DNA of 64,000 nt from Eledone cirrhosa (lineage: Eukaryota), in the NCBI GenBank assembly GCA_964016885.1, contig OZ024740.1:252960001-253024000 (forward strand), given 5' to 3'. Positions 1-13,606 of the stretch are shown here, piece by piece; the first letter of the stretch is position 1, and every line of letters starts with the position of its first letter. A program made the translations under genes and the position numbers. Below the pieces are notes generated by a model. The model did no database searches, was not told the DNA's origin, and saw nothing but the letters and a program-made list of their open reading frames with translations.

Positions 1-170
1 CTGTAAATGTGGTTGCTGTTAGGAAAGGCATCCAGCCGTAGAAAACCTGCCAGATAGTCCTATACGAGCGAGACACTGTCACCCAAACAATCTTGCCTCA
101 AGTGGGACAACTCCCGTCTAACCCATGCTAGCATGGAAGATAGACATTAAACGATGATGATGATGATGAT
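1..170 (+). mobile_element. 3' part of a SINE with an RTE-derived tail
   Basis: aggaaaggcatccagccgtagaaa ... acccatgctagcatggaagatagacattaaac-(gat)n. The same family occurs on the minus strand at about 46921-47110. Confidence 0.7.
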
Positions 171-496
171 ATATATATATATATATATACATATATATAT
201 GCACACACATACCCCATATACACATACATAGACACATTTATACATACACATACACATATATATACACACACATACATATAAATACACACATACATATATA
301 AAAAACCCATGCATGCACAGACACATAATCATACCGACATACATATACATATATAGATACATATAGATATACATACATGCACACACATACACACATAAAT
401 CACTATACATACACCTTCTCACATACATACACATATGTACTTATAAAAAAATACTCTAATTCTAAAAAAATGTTCACATATAAAAAAAAATTTTAA

Positions 497-1265
497 ATGG
501 ACAGTACAACACAGCTACACCAGACCAGGAGGAATCAAAATCCCCATGTCAAAATCGATATGAAACCTGGGTATAGACACGAGCAACGATGCATCATTTT
601 CTTAACACATCATGAGAGTGGCAACAATGTTCAGACGACTCATGGCTGGATCTTGAAGACTTTCCAGACAAGAGACTGAGAGACCATGCTGGTAATATGG
701 AGGACATTTGTCCTAGCCACCTGGACTATTGCTCTCAGCTGTGGTCCCTCTACAGAATGAAGCTAACCACGGAGCTTGAAGCAATCCAGCGAAGCTACAC
801 CAAGAGGATTGCAACGATGAAGGAGATGAGCTACTAGGCGGGGCTAAAAGAACTGAACCTCTACTCCTTGGAATGAAGGCGGGAGAGATATGCGGTGATA
901 TACATATGGAAGATGCTGGAAGGACTAGCACCAAACTTTGGCATTGAGAGCTGGACCAACCCTCAAACAGGGCGTCACTGTTTCACATCCAGAATAAGGA
1001 GCAGATATTGCAATAGCCTGGGGTTCAAATGCCTTCAACTCTTTAAAAAGCTGCCAAAAAAATTTGTGAGATCTGGATGGTGTAGACGTGGATGTTTTCA
1101 AGAAACATCTTGACACTCTGCTATCCAGGATCCTGGATGAGCCCACAGCACGGAACAAAGATAAACAAAGGGCAGCAGTAAGAAACTCCCACCCACATCA
1201 ATGGCCAGCAAAGACAGGCTGGATATAGAAGTGTAGCAACAAGCCAGATGACTGAAACAGGTAAG
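497..1265 (+). pseudogene. Decayed CR1-group non-LTR retrotransposon, ORF2 C-terminal region
   Basis: Across frameshifts and stops it reads GWILKTFQTRD..HLDYCSQLWS..ELEAIQRSYTK..LNLYSLE*RRERYAVIYIWKMLEGLAPN..DVFKKHLD. Confidence 0.75.
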
Positions 1266-1306
1266 AGTAAAAGAGTATATGTGTATATAAATATATATAC
1301 GATGAG

Positions 1307-4292
1307 CATCATCATCATTTTATGTCCGCTTTTCCCTGCTTGCAAGGGCGGGACGGGTCCTCTGCAACATCTCTCCATTTATCACAGTCCTTCGTCATCT
1401 CCTCTCTGAGCTTCAGCGATAAGAAGTCAGCACTCATGACCCCCACCCCCACCCACCCTGTTTTTCGTGGTCTTCCTCTACTGTGTCTTCTTTCCACCGG
1501 GATTTCTTGGCACTTCTTCACCCAGTGGTCATCTGCCATGCGCATCACATGCCCATACCAAAGCAGTCTTCTCTCCTGCACACTATAGTATGTTTCTCTG
1601 ATACACAGTTTCTTCCTCAACTCGTCCATGCTTGCTTATTCACGCACATTGATATTGCACTTCCATCGGAGCATGCTTTATTTCTCACCAGCCTTCACAT
1701 ATCCTCCGCATTTGCTGCCCATGCCTCGCTACCATGCAGCATCGTGCATCTCACACAGCCATCATCCAACCAAACTTTCGTTCATGGGGAGAAACCCTTC
1801 GTTGTCAACAGAGGAAGCAGCTACCTAAACTTCCATCCTGTCCCTATTCTAGATACTATGGCCTCGGAGCATCCTCCTCCCTTGCTAATTTGATCATCTG
1901 GATACCGGAAGCTTCAATCACCTCTATAGATCCTACCTGCATTTGAAAAATGTGCCTATCACTGACACATCTACTATCAATTTTCCCTGAACATCTACTA
2001 CATATGAAGTTTTCTTTTACTGTTAGTTTGCCTGTTATCCCACTATACCTCTTGTGTACCCAAGATATGCATTGTGTACATTCTATAGAATTTATGCCAA
2101 CTCCTTTTCTACATATCAAACATGGCCATTTCTCTGATGGAATCAGTCTTTTCCTCTTTCCTACTTATCAACACTTTGTCTTAGCTAGGTTCACTCTCAG
2201 TCCTCTTGATTCCAACTGCCGTTTCCACAGCCGAAATTTGTTCTCTAGCTCCGTTACTGATTCTGCTATAAGTACCAGATCATCAGCATAGAGAAGTTCT
2301 CATGAGCAGCCAGTCTTAAACTCCTCTCTTATGACTTGGAGAACTATAATGAATAAAAGTGACGGAGAACCGAACCCTGATGAACTCCTAGTTGTATCCG
2401 GAATTCCTCACTAAACTCCATTTACTGCTCACTTTACTGATAGCACCTCTGTACATAGCTTGCAGTGTCCTCATAAGCCATTCCTCTACACCTATTTTCC
2501 TTAGGCACTACCAGATGACAGATCGTGGTACTCTATCAAAGGCCTTCTCTAAGTCAATAAAAGCTAAATATAGTTGCTTATTCTTCTCTAAGAACCTCTC
2601 TTGTAGTTTTCTCACTAAGAAGAGGGCATCTGTTGTACTTTTTCGAGGCACAAAACCAAACTGCATCTCATTTAATTTGACTCTTTCTCTAAATAGTTAG
2701 CATTTTTTCTGTCACTTTCATAACCTGTTCCATCAGTTTTATGCCCCTATAATTGCTCCTCTCCAGAGCATCCCTCTTACCTTTGTAACAATTAACAAGT
2801 ATACTGTTGCAGCAGTCTTTGGGTATGACTTCGCCATATATAACTTGATTGACTATGCGTGTAACTAGTTTAGTTCCTACTTCTCCAGATGCCTTCAGCA
2901 TCTCAGCAACTATCCCTGACGGTCCAGCGGCTTCACCACTTTTCATTTTCTTAATTGCTCCATTGACCCTATAGTCGTCAACCTCAATGGCTGGTTCCTC
3001 TCTTGGGTCTACTGGGGGTAGTTTCTCTCTCTCCCATTCATTCTCAACATTCATCAGTTTCTCATAATGACATTTCCAGGCCTTTTTCTGAGCATCAGTG
3101 ACACTAAGTGCACCGGCATCATTCTGGACACACTTATCTCCAACAACCTCCTGATTTACACTGACACACTGCCTTGCAATGCAGAACACCGCACGACTCT
3201 GATCCTCTCGTTGCAGAACATTGGCAAACCTCCTACTCTCGGCTTCCCTGTGTGCTAAGTATACCCGATGTCTAGCCTCCCTTTTAGCAGCTGAGTACCA
3301 GTCTCTACTCCTCCCATTTTTCCAATCCTACCATGCTTGTGTTTTGTCTTTAATGGCTCTATCTACTGTACTGTTCTACTACCAAGTCACCATCTGTCTG
3401 GCTGGAGCAAAGTCTCTTCAGTTTCATGCAGTAGGTTGTCGCATAAGAACTTCCAGTTACCTTCTATATCATATAATTCTAATTTGTCTTCTTTCTCGTC
3501 ATACACATCTGGTAGGGCTTCCCTAAACTTATATTTAAGTGAAAGGTCCTTTAGCTTCCAGACCTTCCTTTTCCATACCCTCCTGTGTGTCTCATTCTTT
3601 CTCTTGCTTATTGAGATGTCACTAACAACTAACCTATGTTATGGGGTGCATTCTTCCCCAGGGTATGGCTTAGTATTCATAACCATCTGCCTGTCTTGTG
3701 TCCCTAACTAGCAAGAAGTCAATCTGGCTTATGTACTCTCCTGATTGGTAGGTGATTAGGTGATTGGCAGGTTTCCTGAAGTTAGTTTTGCAAAGGGTTA
3801 GTTCACTTGCATCACAAAATTCAAGAAGCCTCGCTCTTTTTTCGTTTCTTGAGCCATAACCACCATGTACCCCAGTGTATCCACCTGGAGCTGTCCAACA
3901 TGACTAGATCTTTGTCCTCTATCACTATGGTTATCTGTAGAAGTTGCTTGTAGAAGTGGTCCTTATCTTCTATACCTAAGCCTGCTTGAGTAACATAGGT
4001 TGAGATAATTGTCAGCAGTCTTGCCTAATGATTCTATTACTTACACTAACTACCTCTATTGTCTTGTTAATCCACTTCTCGACCAGTAAAATGCCTACTC
4101 CACCTATCCCATCATCATTTCCTACCCAGAAAAGCTTAGAGTTAAGCTGTTTGCCTGTGATTAGCCTTACTGAGGACCTCTCCATCTCACCTCTTGCATG
4201 CAGCACACATCCACATGTTTTCTATCTAGCATCTTTACTATCTCATCAGATCTACCTCTCAGTGTGCCAACATTAAGTGTGGCAACCCTGAG
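1307..4292 (-). mobile_element. Near full-length degenerate RTE-clade LINE (APE endonuclease + RT)
   Basis: Minus strand shows LRVATLNVGTL (APE start), NYRGIKLM, LLYADD (about 2278-2296), RRLLWYGHVMRM and GRPRKT, ending in an (atg)n tail. Many stops and frameshifts. Confidence 0.9.
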
Positions 4293-4383
4293 ACGTCATC
4301 TTTTTTTTATTTTTCCTTTTTGATTGCAAGGAAAAATAAGTAAAATCACTATCATTATTATTGTTGTTGTTTGGCGGTGGGTT

Positions 4384-4577
4384 GGCGGTGGATTGGCAGT
4401 ATCGGTAGAGGGTCGGACGCCATGCTTTCCAACATAGTTACGTCCCTTTACGATCTGAGTTCAAATCCCGCCGAGGTTGACTTTGCCTTTCATCCTTACG
4501 GGGGTCGATAAAATAAAGTACCAGTAATGCACTGGGTAATTGCTGGCCTTGTGCCTAAAGTAGAAACAATTATTATT
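4384..4577 (+). mobile_element. tRNA-derived SINE (family S1)
   Basis: A-box-like tggcagtatcgg, B box gagttcaaatcc, core gactttgcctttcatccttacggg..gtcgataaaataaagtaccag, end gtagaaacaattatt. At least 10 copies in the window. Confidence 0.85.
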
Positions 4578-6456
4578 GTTGTTGTTGTTTTTGTACATTT
4601 GCTTGATGAAGGTCGGTGGTTTCTTACACATGGCCGCACTAGCTACCCCACTACCGTGTACAGGCCTAACATGGTTAGTGTTATTACTGTTTACGCAGTT
4701 ATCGTTATATTTGTATGTTGTGTTCATAATTTTGCTTTAATAATATACTGGTTCGATGCCCTTCCTATCACCAGCAGCACTTTATAGCATGGACTGTGTG
4801 CTTTTATTCATGCCACCAGCACTAGACAGGTTGTCTTAATGACTCAGGGACCCCCTCCACCCCATACTTTGGCATAGTTTTTAATGGCTGGATGCTACTA
4901 CCATTACCTCCATTTTACAGCATGGACCAGGTGCTTTTATTCGTACCACCAAGCACTAGGGAAGTTGTCTTATTGGACTTAGGGGGCTTCTCCACTCCAC
5001 ACCAATTTATTCGGAATTGTTGCTCTCCTAGATGGGTTGCCTACATTACAGCTTATGGCTCCTCTGTCCTCCCCAGGACTGCTCTGAGCTGTCCTGGGCA
5101 GCTATTCAACTATATTAAGATGCTGTTAGTGAGTTTACATTTAACATATGGAGGGAGGGGGACAGCTGAGGAGGAGAAAGTGATGATGAGGTTTGGGGTG
5201 ATTGGATTTATGGTGCTATATGCACTAGGAAGTGGCTGGTATATGGTGTCAGGCATTCATACCAGAAGGTGATAGAGTTAGGGTGTGAAATGGCGACTAT
5301 ATACCTTTACAAACATTTCCAAAACCCAACGTACGTATATAAACATCTACATACCTATATATACATTTAGGTATATATATAGACACACACACAACACTCG
5401 TGTACATCTGACATACATATATATATGAACATTTCAAAACCCTATGGAATTAAGTTTTGAACATTTATCTATATGATGTCTCAAACACGACTGAGTGATT
5501 ATTTGAAACCGTTTTTTCAGGTCGCTGCGTTTCAATACACACATACAGATACATACAAATATACATGTGGTAACTGGCCATTTCCATTACTATAAATACA
5601 TAAATACACATATTTATACACACTCACACATGTACATCTGACATATATATATATATATTTTGGCACTCAGGTTTTGGTGTTTTACACTCCACTTTTGTCT
5701 CATTTGCTCTTAAAACGCACCACCCGATGATAGTGTAAGAATTGTAATTCTTTGCACTTCTCGGTTCTGACACACAGTTTTCTATTTTCCAAATCTTTCA
5801 AATTTTGATATTGTTGTAACACACGCGGATTTTATTTTTTTATTTGTTTGGCACCCCCCACCACGTGAAATGGTGGCAGGATAGATGCCAACCCCCACAC
5901 ACACATTCTTTTGAACATAGCAGCAGCAGCAAACCAAAGCTGACCTGCCAGCTGACCCCTTAACACCACTGCCAACACAATGGGGGAGGTCAGCTGTACC
6001 TAAACAAAAACAACTACAACAGATTGTCTTGCCTTAAAAACTTTCTATAGACTTTTGACTGAGGAATGTTCTCACAACTGACCAATGGGATGAGAGAGTG
6101 TCCTATGACGCCGAAATTCGTTTGTTCGAATTCATATGATTCCAGTTCCTCAGAGAAATAACAACGCAACCAGGAGCTGGAGCCACTTTTTTAACATAAA
6201 AACAGGTAGAATTCCCAAAACTAATCAGATCAGAGCAAACATCACGGACGCTCTATCTCAAAATTATTTTTGAAAAGCATTTAGAAATGCGCAACCGGTA
6301 AAACTTAAAACCAAAACTGAATACTAACCAATACAATTACTAATTCTCATTTATTCCTAATTAAACTATTTTTCACTGTGAACAATGTCAGTATTTTCTA
6401 TTCCATTTACCAATATATAATAATATAATATCTTGTGTGTTACACCTCTATTCTTT

Positions 6457-6497
<41 letters not shown>

Positions 6498-6629
6498 ATA
6501 CTTTGGGAGGGTCATGTTGCCAATAAGAAACACACGCACCAGTTGCTTTCACTTCAATTTATTATATATTTATAAATTTATAAATTTCTGGTTGGTTGGT
6601 TGGTTCCACAACCAGATAGTTGTTTATAT

Positions 6630-6674
6630 AGTCATAGTTCTTTCGTCACACACTCTGTGACCTCTTCAGTGACT
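6630..6674 (-). ncRNA. Minimal type-I hammerhead ribozyme motif (family A)
   Basis: Exact reverse complement of 6791-6835. Confidence 0.65.
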
Positions 6675-6790
6675 GGGGATTCCTTTCTTTGTTTCTGTGC
6701 CTCTCCTTTGTTCTGTCCTACGCCAAATTAGAAACAAAATGGCGTAGGACAGAACAAAGGAGAGGCACAGAAACAAAGAAAGGAATCCCC

Positions 6791-6835
6791 AGTCACTGAA
6801 GAGGTCACAGAGTGTGTGACGAAAGAACTATGACT
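6791..6835 (+). ncRNA. Minimal type-I hammerhead ribozyme motif (family A)
   Basis: agtca-CTGAAGA-g-gtcaca(gagtg)tgtgac-GAAA-gaac-TA-tgact: stem I 5 bp, stem II 6 bp, vestigial stem III. Confidence 0.65.
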
Positions 6836-7039
6836 ATATATAAACAACTATCTGGTTGTGGAACCAACCAACCAACCAGAAATTTATAAATTTGTAAATT
6901 TATAAATATATAATAAATTGAAGTGAAAGCAACTGGTGCGTGTGTTTCTTATTGGCAACATGACCCTCCCAAAGTATAACAATATCGGTTTCAACACACG
7001 ATTTCAGATAAAGAATCTTGCTAAACAAATTCAGAAACG

Positions 7040-7112
<73 letters not shown>

Positions 7113-7325
7113 TATATATATATATATGCCTATTTAGTTGTTATAGAGTAAGGTGTATTATTGGTTGTGTCATACGGTCCAATAAACATCTGTTAGCAAT
7201 ATTAAGTTTTTCCACGCTTTTGTATATCTCCAATTCCATTTATGGGAACAGCTAGATGATGTAAAACGGAGTATTTGTATCAAAATAAAGATCCGAAGGC
7301 ATGGTATAAATTTCCAATTATTTTA

Positions 7326-7402
7326 ATCATGACACATGTTTCAATAAGGGATAGATCGATCGTGTGGTCATGATCGATTATCACTGATCTCATCAGGTGA
7401 AT
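7326..7402 (-). ncRNA. Degenerate hammerhead-like motif
   Basis: Minus strand: tcac-CTGATGA-...atcgatc/gatcgat stem...-GAAA-catg-T. Stem I is imperfect. Confidence 0.4.
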
Positions 7403-8377
7403 AATGAAATGTCTTCAAATCTTTGATATGAGGGAGGATAAACTAATGCTGTTCACTCACTAGAGTTTTGTACCCCATATGAAGAATCAGCAGCCAAAAA
7501 CACGCCAACTCCTATTGTCTTCAGTCAGGGTCATAAATCTATCAAGTCTCTATCTCTCAATAGCTGTAAAAGACGCTGGACACGTCTAATCTCAGCATCA
7601 AATCTGTAGAATTTTGGTCGGTCACAATTAGTGTTAGTGAGTACACACACACTCACAACACCGACGCGAGGTCAGAGAAAAAGAAATATATATACAACAA
7701 CACAGTATGCACCGAAAGTTAGGCTACAAAACAACAAATGTTATATTGGTCAAATCTCAATCTTAACGATGTAAATTAGAAAAATTTTGGTCAACCACAA
7801 CCCTATGCACACGCAAGTAAATTCCGTTCAACGTTCTGCTATACGTGTATCGATTGAATTGTAACATCCGTATCGTCTAAATAGTGTATGTTTTGGTATA
7901 TACACATCCATGTGTAGAGCAAGTAGTCAACTCATATTGAACTCTGTATGTGACGTCTCATTGAGAATCTGAGTCCCCGAGTCTGTGCGTGCAAGCATAC
8001 GCCATGTAGGCCAACAAGGGGCTCCATGTAGGGTTGGGTATTTGAGTTAAAGTGTCAGTGTGTGCGTTTTCCCGTCATATGGGCCTTCGGGCCTTTAAGA
8101 TAAGTGTTTGAGTGGTGGAGGTGTGTTACCAAACATAAAATAAAATAACAAAACCCCGGGGATGTGTGTAAGCACATTGATGGCGTGTAAGTAGTATTGT
8201 CCATTCAGCAACTGTGAGCACTCCATGGTTAGAGGATCACAGACCAAAACCCTAGTGTAGTATTCAATCGATAAGATCGTGACTGGTCATAACTGTGGGA
8301 ACTCCGTGTCTAAAGAAACCGGGTACTGTGTAGAATTATGTATAAAGAGCGTAATCGTTCTTAACTGAGTGTGTATT

Positions 8378-8651
8378 TGTCCTACGCCATCTTGCTTTTG
8401 TGTGTGTTCAACAAGATGGCGTAGGACAGGACAAAGGAGAGGCACAAAACAAAGAAAAGAATCCCCAGTCACTGAAGAGGTCACGGAATGTGTGACGAAA
8501 GAACTTTGACAATATATGAACAACCGTCCGGTTGTGGAACCAACCAACCAACCGGAAATTTATAAATTCTTAAATTTATAATAAATTGGAGTGAAAGCAA
8601 CTGGTACATGTGTTTCTTATTGGCAACATGACCCTCCCAAAGTATAACAAT
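8378..8651 (+). mobile_element. Third, diverged copy of the family A pLTR with hammerhead (8467-8510)
   Basis: Matches 6740-6984, starts with a small hairpin (gtcctacgccatcttg..caagatggcgtaggac) and ends in (TA)n. Confidence 0.8.
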
Positions 8652-8821
8652 ATATATATATATATATTGTTAGTATCATAAAGAGTTTACTTTGTACATT
8701 TTATTACAGCATTCCTTTATACGTATATATACATACATAAACAGCCTATAAAAAAGAAGTATAATTGTTTCTACTTTTGGCACAAGGCCAGACTTTATCT
8801 CAGTATATTACTGGTACTTTA

Positions 8822-9674
8822 TTATATAGTACAGTATTACTGTTGAAAATATATAGTACGGTATTACTGTTGAAAATATATAGTATAGTACAATGTTACT
8901 GTTGAAACTATATAGTACAGTACAGTATTACTGTTGAAAATATATAGTATAGTATTACTGTTGAAAATATATAGTATAATATCACTGTTGAAAATATATA
9001 GCATAGCATTACTGTTGAAAATATATAGTATAGTATAGTATTACTGTTGAAAATATAGAGTATAGTATTACTGTTGAAAATATATAGTACAGTATTACTG
9101 TTGAAAATATATAGTACGGTATTACTGTTGAAAATATATAGTATAGTACAATGTTACTGTTGAAACTATATAGTACAGTACAGTATTACTGTTGAAAATA
9201 TATAGTATAGTATTACTGTTGAAAATATATAGTATAATATCACTGTTGAAAATATATAGTATAGTATTACTGTTGAAAATATATAGTATAGTATAGTATT
9301 ACTGTTGAAAATATATAGTATAGTATTACTGTTGAAAATATATAGTATAATATCACTGTTGAAAATATATAGCATAGCATTACTGTTGAAAATATATAGT
9401 ATAGTATAGTATTACTGTTGAAAATATATAGTATAGTATTACTGTTGAAAATATATAGTGCAGTACAATATTACTGTTGAAAATATATAGTATAGTATAG
9501 TATTACTGTTGAAAATATATAGTATAGTACAGTATTACTGTTGAAAATATATAGTATAGTATTACTGTTGAAAATATATAGTGCAGTATTACTATTAAAA
9601 AAATATAGTATAGTATTACTGTTGAAAATATATAGTATAGTATAGTATTAATGTTGAAAATATATAGTACAGTA
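8822..9674. repeat. Tandem satellite, unit about 29-34 bp (tagtattactgttgaaaatatatagta)
   Basis: About 25-30 consecutive units. The array resumes at 10969-11010 after a Helitron, and inverted units lie at about 11730-11850. Confidence 0.95.
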
Positions 9675-10426
9675 CTAGCAGAATGGCCCGGCGTTGCTCG
9701 GGATTCTAAACATAGATTGGCATGTTTATCCCTCCTTTCTGAAACAGTACAGAGAAGTTCGGAATGCCTCGGCCTTGCGACCGTCGAATAGCAGATTCCA
9801 CTGACAATTGGTTTGCCCGCCTTGTTCATTTTCTTGCCGCTTTCACAGTTTCGGCCAATGGAGTATCTCTTCCTTCGAGGCATGACCTAAAAGCAGGACG
9901 AAGTACACTAAGACTAACAGGTAGAGTAAGGAGTAAACTCGTCAGTGATGCATGTGATTTCCGAACCGTTGACTATGTAATTTCTAAGCCACGAGTGCCG
10001 TCTTAACCGGGGCGCGAAGTTATAGCTATCTATCTATCTGCATTACGACATGATGAAACATTGACTTCGCTATCTGTGTGTGTGTGTATATATATGTATA
10101 TATAGTATGTGTATATATATATATATATATATAGTGTGTATATATATATAAAGAATGATTAATAAAACAGGTAGACATCATAAAAAAGTAATTTATTCCA
10201 GGTGTTTACAAATGTTTATTTAGTAGTTACACAACCTAGTCATGCTATATGCAAATTGGTAGTTATTAATTTGCAGATACTCAATTTTCAAATACTGTTC
10301 GTACCACCAAATCTTCAGAAAGAATGGCTGAATCATGATTTCTTTATATTTATTAAAAGGGGTAATTGGGGAAGATAGAGTAGAAAAGGAAGAAAGAAAG
10401 ATAATCCTAAGCATTTCTTGCATAAC

Positions 10427-10479
<53 letters not shown>

Positions 10480-10968
10480 TTAGTCGAACCAAAGAGGGCT
10501 CGATAAGGATAAATATATATCAAATATATAAGAACCCTAGAGCAAATATTGTTCTCATTGCTGACGTATTATCTTCGCTTTTTTTCCGTTCATTGCCAGG
10601 GAACGTCTTCACGAACCAAAGTATCGTCTTCCTGTTTTCCTTCGGTTGCAACGTTTTTCGAAATATTTACTTCTGCGTTTTATGTTTTCATAATGTCATA
10701 ATGCAGACATACAGGCATATATTATAAGGGCGCGACGTTATAACTATGTATCTATCTAATAAGACAGACTAAGAAAGAGAGAGAGAGGGAGATCACTAAC
10801 CGGCGTCTAATGCGGTGCCTAGAGCATGGAAAATTTGCAATATTTTTTGGTCAAAACACTCACACAACCGTAAGTATTACATGCGTAAAGTTTGAAAAAC
10901 ATCAGTTGGGTGGTTCTCGAGTTTTAGGGAGACAGACAGGGAGACATTCTCTGTTTTAGATATATAGA
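9675..10968 (-). mobile_element. Non-autonomous Helitron-type element
   Basis: Minus strand starts TCtatatatctaaaacagagaatgtc and ends with hairpin cccgagcaacgccggg plus CTAG. Inserted at A|T with no TSD, and removing it restores a satellite unit. Confidence 0.85.
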
Positions 10969-11320
10969 TTGCTGTTGAAAATATATAGTACAGTATTACT
11001 GTTGAAAATATGTACACGAATATATAATTATATATATAACTAATTAAAAGTTGGTTAGATGCGAAGTCAATGCAGACAGGCAGACAGGCAGACATACAGA
11101 CATATATTATAAGGGCGCGACGTTATAGCTATGTATCTATCTAAAAGGACAGACTAAGAAAGAGAGAGGAATGTCGCTTTATACATATTATATATAATAG
11201 TGTACCAGTAATGTACTGGAATAATTGCTGGCCTTGTGCCAAAAGTAGAAACAATTATACTTCTTTTTTATACAACTGTAAATAAAATGTTTATGTATGT
11301 ATATATATGTATATATAATG

Positions 11321-11372
<52 letters not shown>

Positions 11373-11425
11373 ATGCTGTAATAAAATGTACAAATTAAAC
11401 TGTCTCTTATTTATGATACTAACAC

Positions 11426-11482
<57 letters not shown>

Positions 11483-12111
11483 AATGAAGGGTATTAGTAG
11501 TGGTTGTTAGATGAAATAACAAGAATAGCTGATTTACTTTATATATGAAAAGGTTTACTTCACTTCAGTAAAAAATAACAACAAATAAGTTACCACGAGT
11601 CGCAAAGGTTGACGATGTTATTTGGTTGTTGCTTCATGAGGCTGGTGTAGTATGAGAGCAGGAGATATATACACACAGATATCGAAGTCAATGTACAGAT
11701 GCAGACAGCCAGACATACAGAGCCATATTATACTATATATTTTCAACAGTAATACTATACTATACTATACTATATATTTTCAACAGTAATACTATACTAT
11801 ATGTTTTCAACAGTTATACTATACTATATATTTTAAACAGTAATACTATGCAACGCAGACGGCTTATCGTCTGTTTATCCAAGCGAAACTAGGTATGTCA
11901 GCTATATATATATATATGTATATATGGATGCCGTAGAACATGCCAATGGTAGCCGGGCGAGTTAGTATATATATATATATATATCAATAATATTAATAAA
12001 TGGATATGAATATAGCACAAAATATTAATAGAATTAATAATAGGAACCTAAAATTAAACCCAACCCCAATAAACCCTAATAGCAATAATAATATTACTAG
12101 TAAAAATACTT

Positions 12112-12582
12112 ATGATATTCATACCGAATATTTTAGACAACAACTCTAGAAAATGTAACTACAGTAACAAATTATGTTGCTCTCTACAGAATAATTGTCT
12201 CGATAAAAACTTATTATACAAATGCACCATAAAAACTAAAGATAAATTATATAACTATATAGCCACTTCTACAAAATTTAAGGAACGCTGGTGTAATCAT
12301 AAACACACATTTAATAGATCGGACAAAAGATTCTCAACATCACTTTCACACTTAATTTGGTCTTTAAAAGACAATAATATTGACTATTCGATCTCTTGGA
12401 GAACGATTTCGAAAGCGCCCGCATACCAGAATATGGCTCTCTCAAGAATTAGTCGTCTCTCTATTGAAGAAATTTTTCACATAGTTACCAATCCTAAGAA
12501 TGCTATAAACAAAAAGAAAGAATTATTTAATTCTTGTTTGCATCGATTCTCCAAAACTTTTAAAAGTATCTATAATCTATAG
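12112..12582 (+). pseudogene. Penelope-like GIY-YIG endonuclease domain (decayed)
   Basis: KCN..K.CCSL.NNCLDKNLLY..YI.T..FKERW.NHK.TF..TSLSHLIWSLK..ISW..LNK/INKKKELFNSCLH. Followed by an AT-rich UTR and a hammerhead-like pLTR at about 13560. Confidence 0.8.
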
Positions 12583-13606
12583 AAAATGTTATATGTAGCC
12601 TCTATTTCTTACCCAGTTACAATTTATGTCTTCGCTGTTTTCTGTGATGTTTTTTTGTGTGATGTTTTTAATGCTTTTTTAAAAGGTATTTTTGATGTTT
12701 GTTGAACTTGTTTCTAATAGGCTTTATAGGTTTTTTTTAAATTGCATACATACAAATACTTAATATCATCAAATTTATGTTATCAAAATATATACATAAA
12801 TTTTTTATCTTAGAACATATGTAATATATGATGCTCTAAAATCAAATATAAAATAATTTTCCCATATACTACGATTAGAATATAATTTGAAAGTAAATTT
12901 GAGACTAAACGATAAATATAACTATAATTTAATTCTGTGAACTAATAATAATTAAAGTTATCTTTTCCTTTGAAAAGAAACATGTTCACATCTAATATCT
13001 ACGTAACATTTAAACTTTACATAAATATTAATATTTCTATCTTGATACAACTATAGAATATACAAAATAATATACATCTTCTATACTAAAATAGAATTAC
13101 TTCCACATTCTTAAGCCATATATTGAAAATGTAACATATCTTCGCCCAACATATCATAACTCTTCTTATATAAAGCTATATATATCTAACTAAAATTATT
13201 TATCTATTAAATAAATAATAATATATATACTCACCAAAACTATTTATATATACAACTAAGGCCTTATAATATAATAAAATATACTTATAAATACTATCTT
13301 CATAATATTAAAACACACCAGTAGAATAGACCCAATCGTATATATAAATACAGGATACTTTCCTTTTCTTATTTAAAAAAAATAATCCTAATAATTATTT
13401 AAATTTACCTAGCGTCTAAACATAATGATCTTTTTCAGTTTTAACGTTATATATTAGCATATTCATCTTGTGATTTGAAGTTTTTCTTCACTATTCAAAT
13501 AGAACTCACAACCTTAAGTTCTTGTCTGAATATGTCACTATCTGTAAACCAACTTTTGTATTTTATCTGATAAGTGCGCACCAAAAATGTTGGTACCCTT
13601 GGAATA

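Larger units (their letters stand above)
6491..7042. mobile_element. Foldback PLE-derived cassette, family A (short form), in (TA)n
   Basis: Arms 6491-6725 and 6740-6984 are near-perfect reverse complements. Unpaired tail 6985-7042. (TA)n on both sides. Confidence 0.85.

Noticed and set aside
5720-5770. Hammerhead candidate (ccgatga plus a long stem)
   Set aside because: The core is mutated and no GAAA follows the stem.
8822-9674. CRISPR-like array of about 30-bp repeats
   Set aside because: There are no unique spacers, no cas genes and the context is eukaryotic. It is a tandem satellite.
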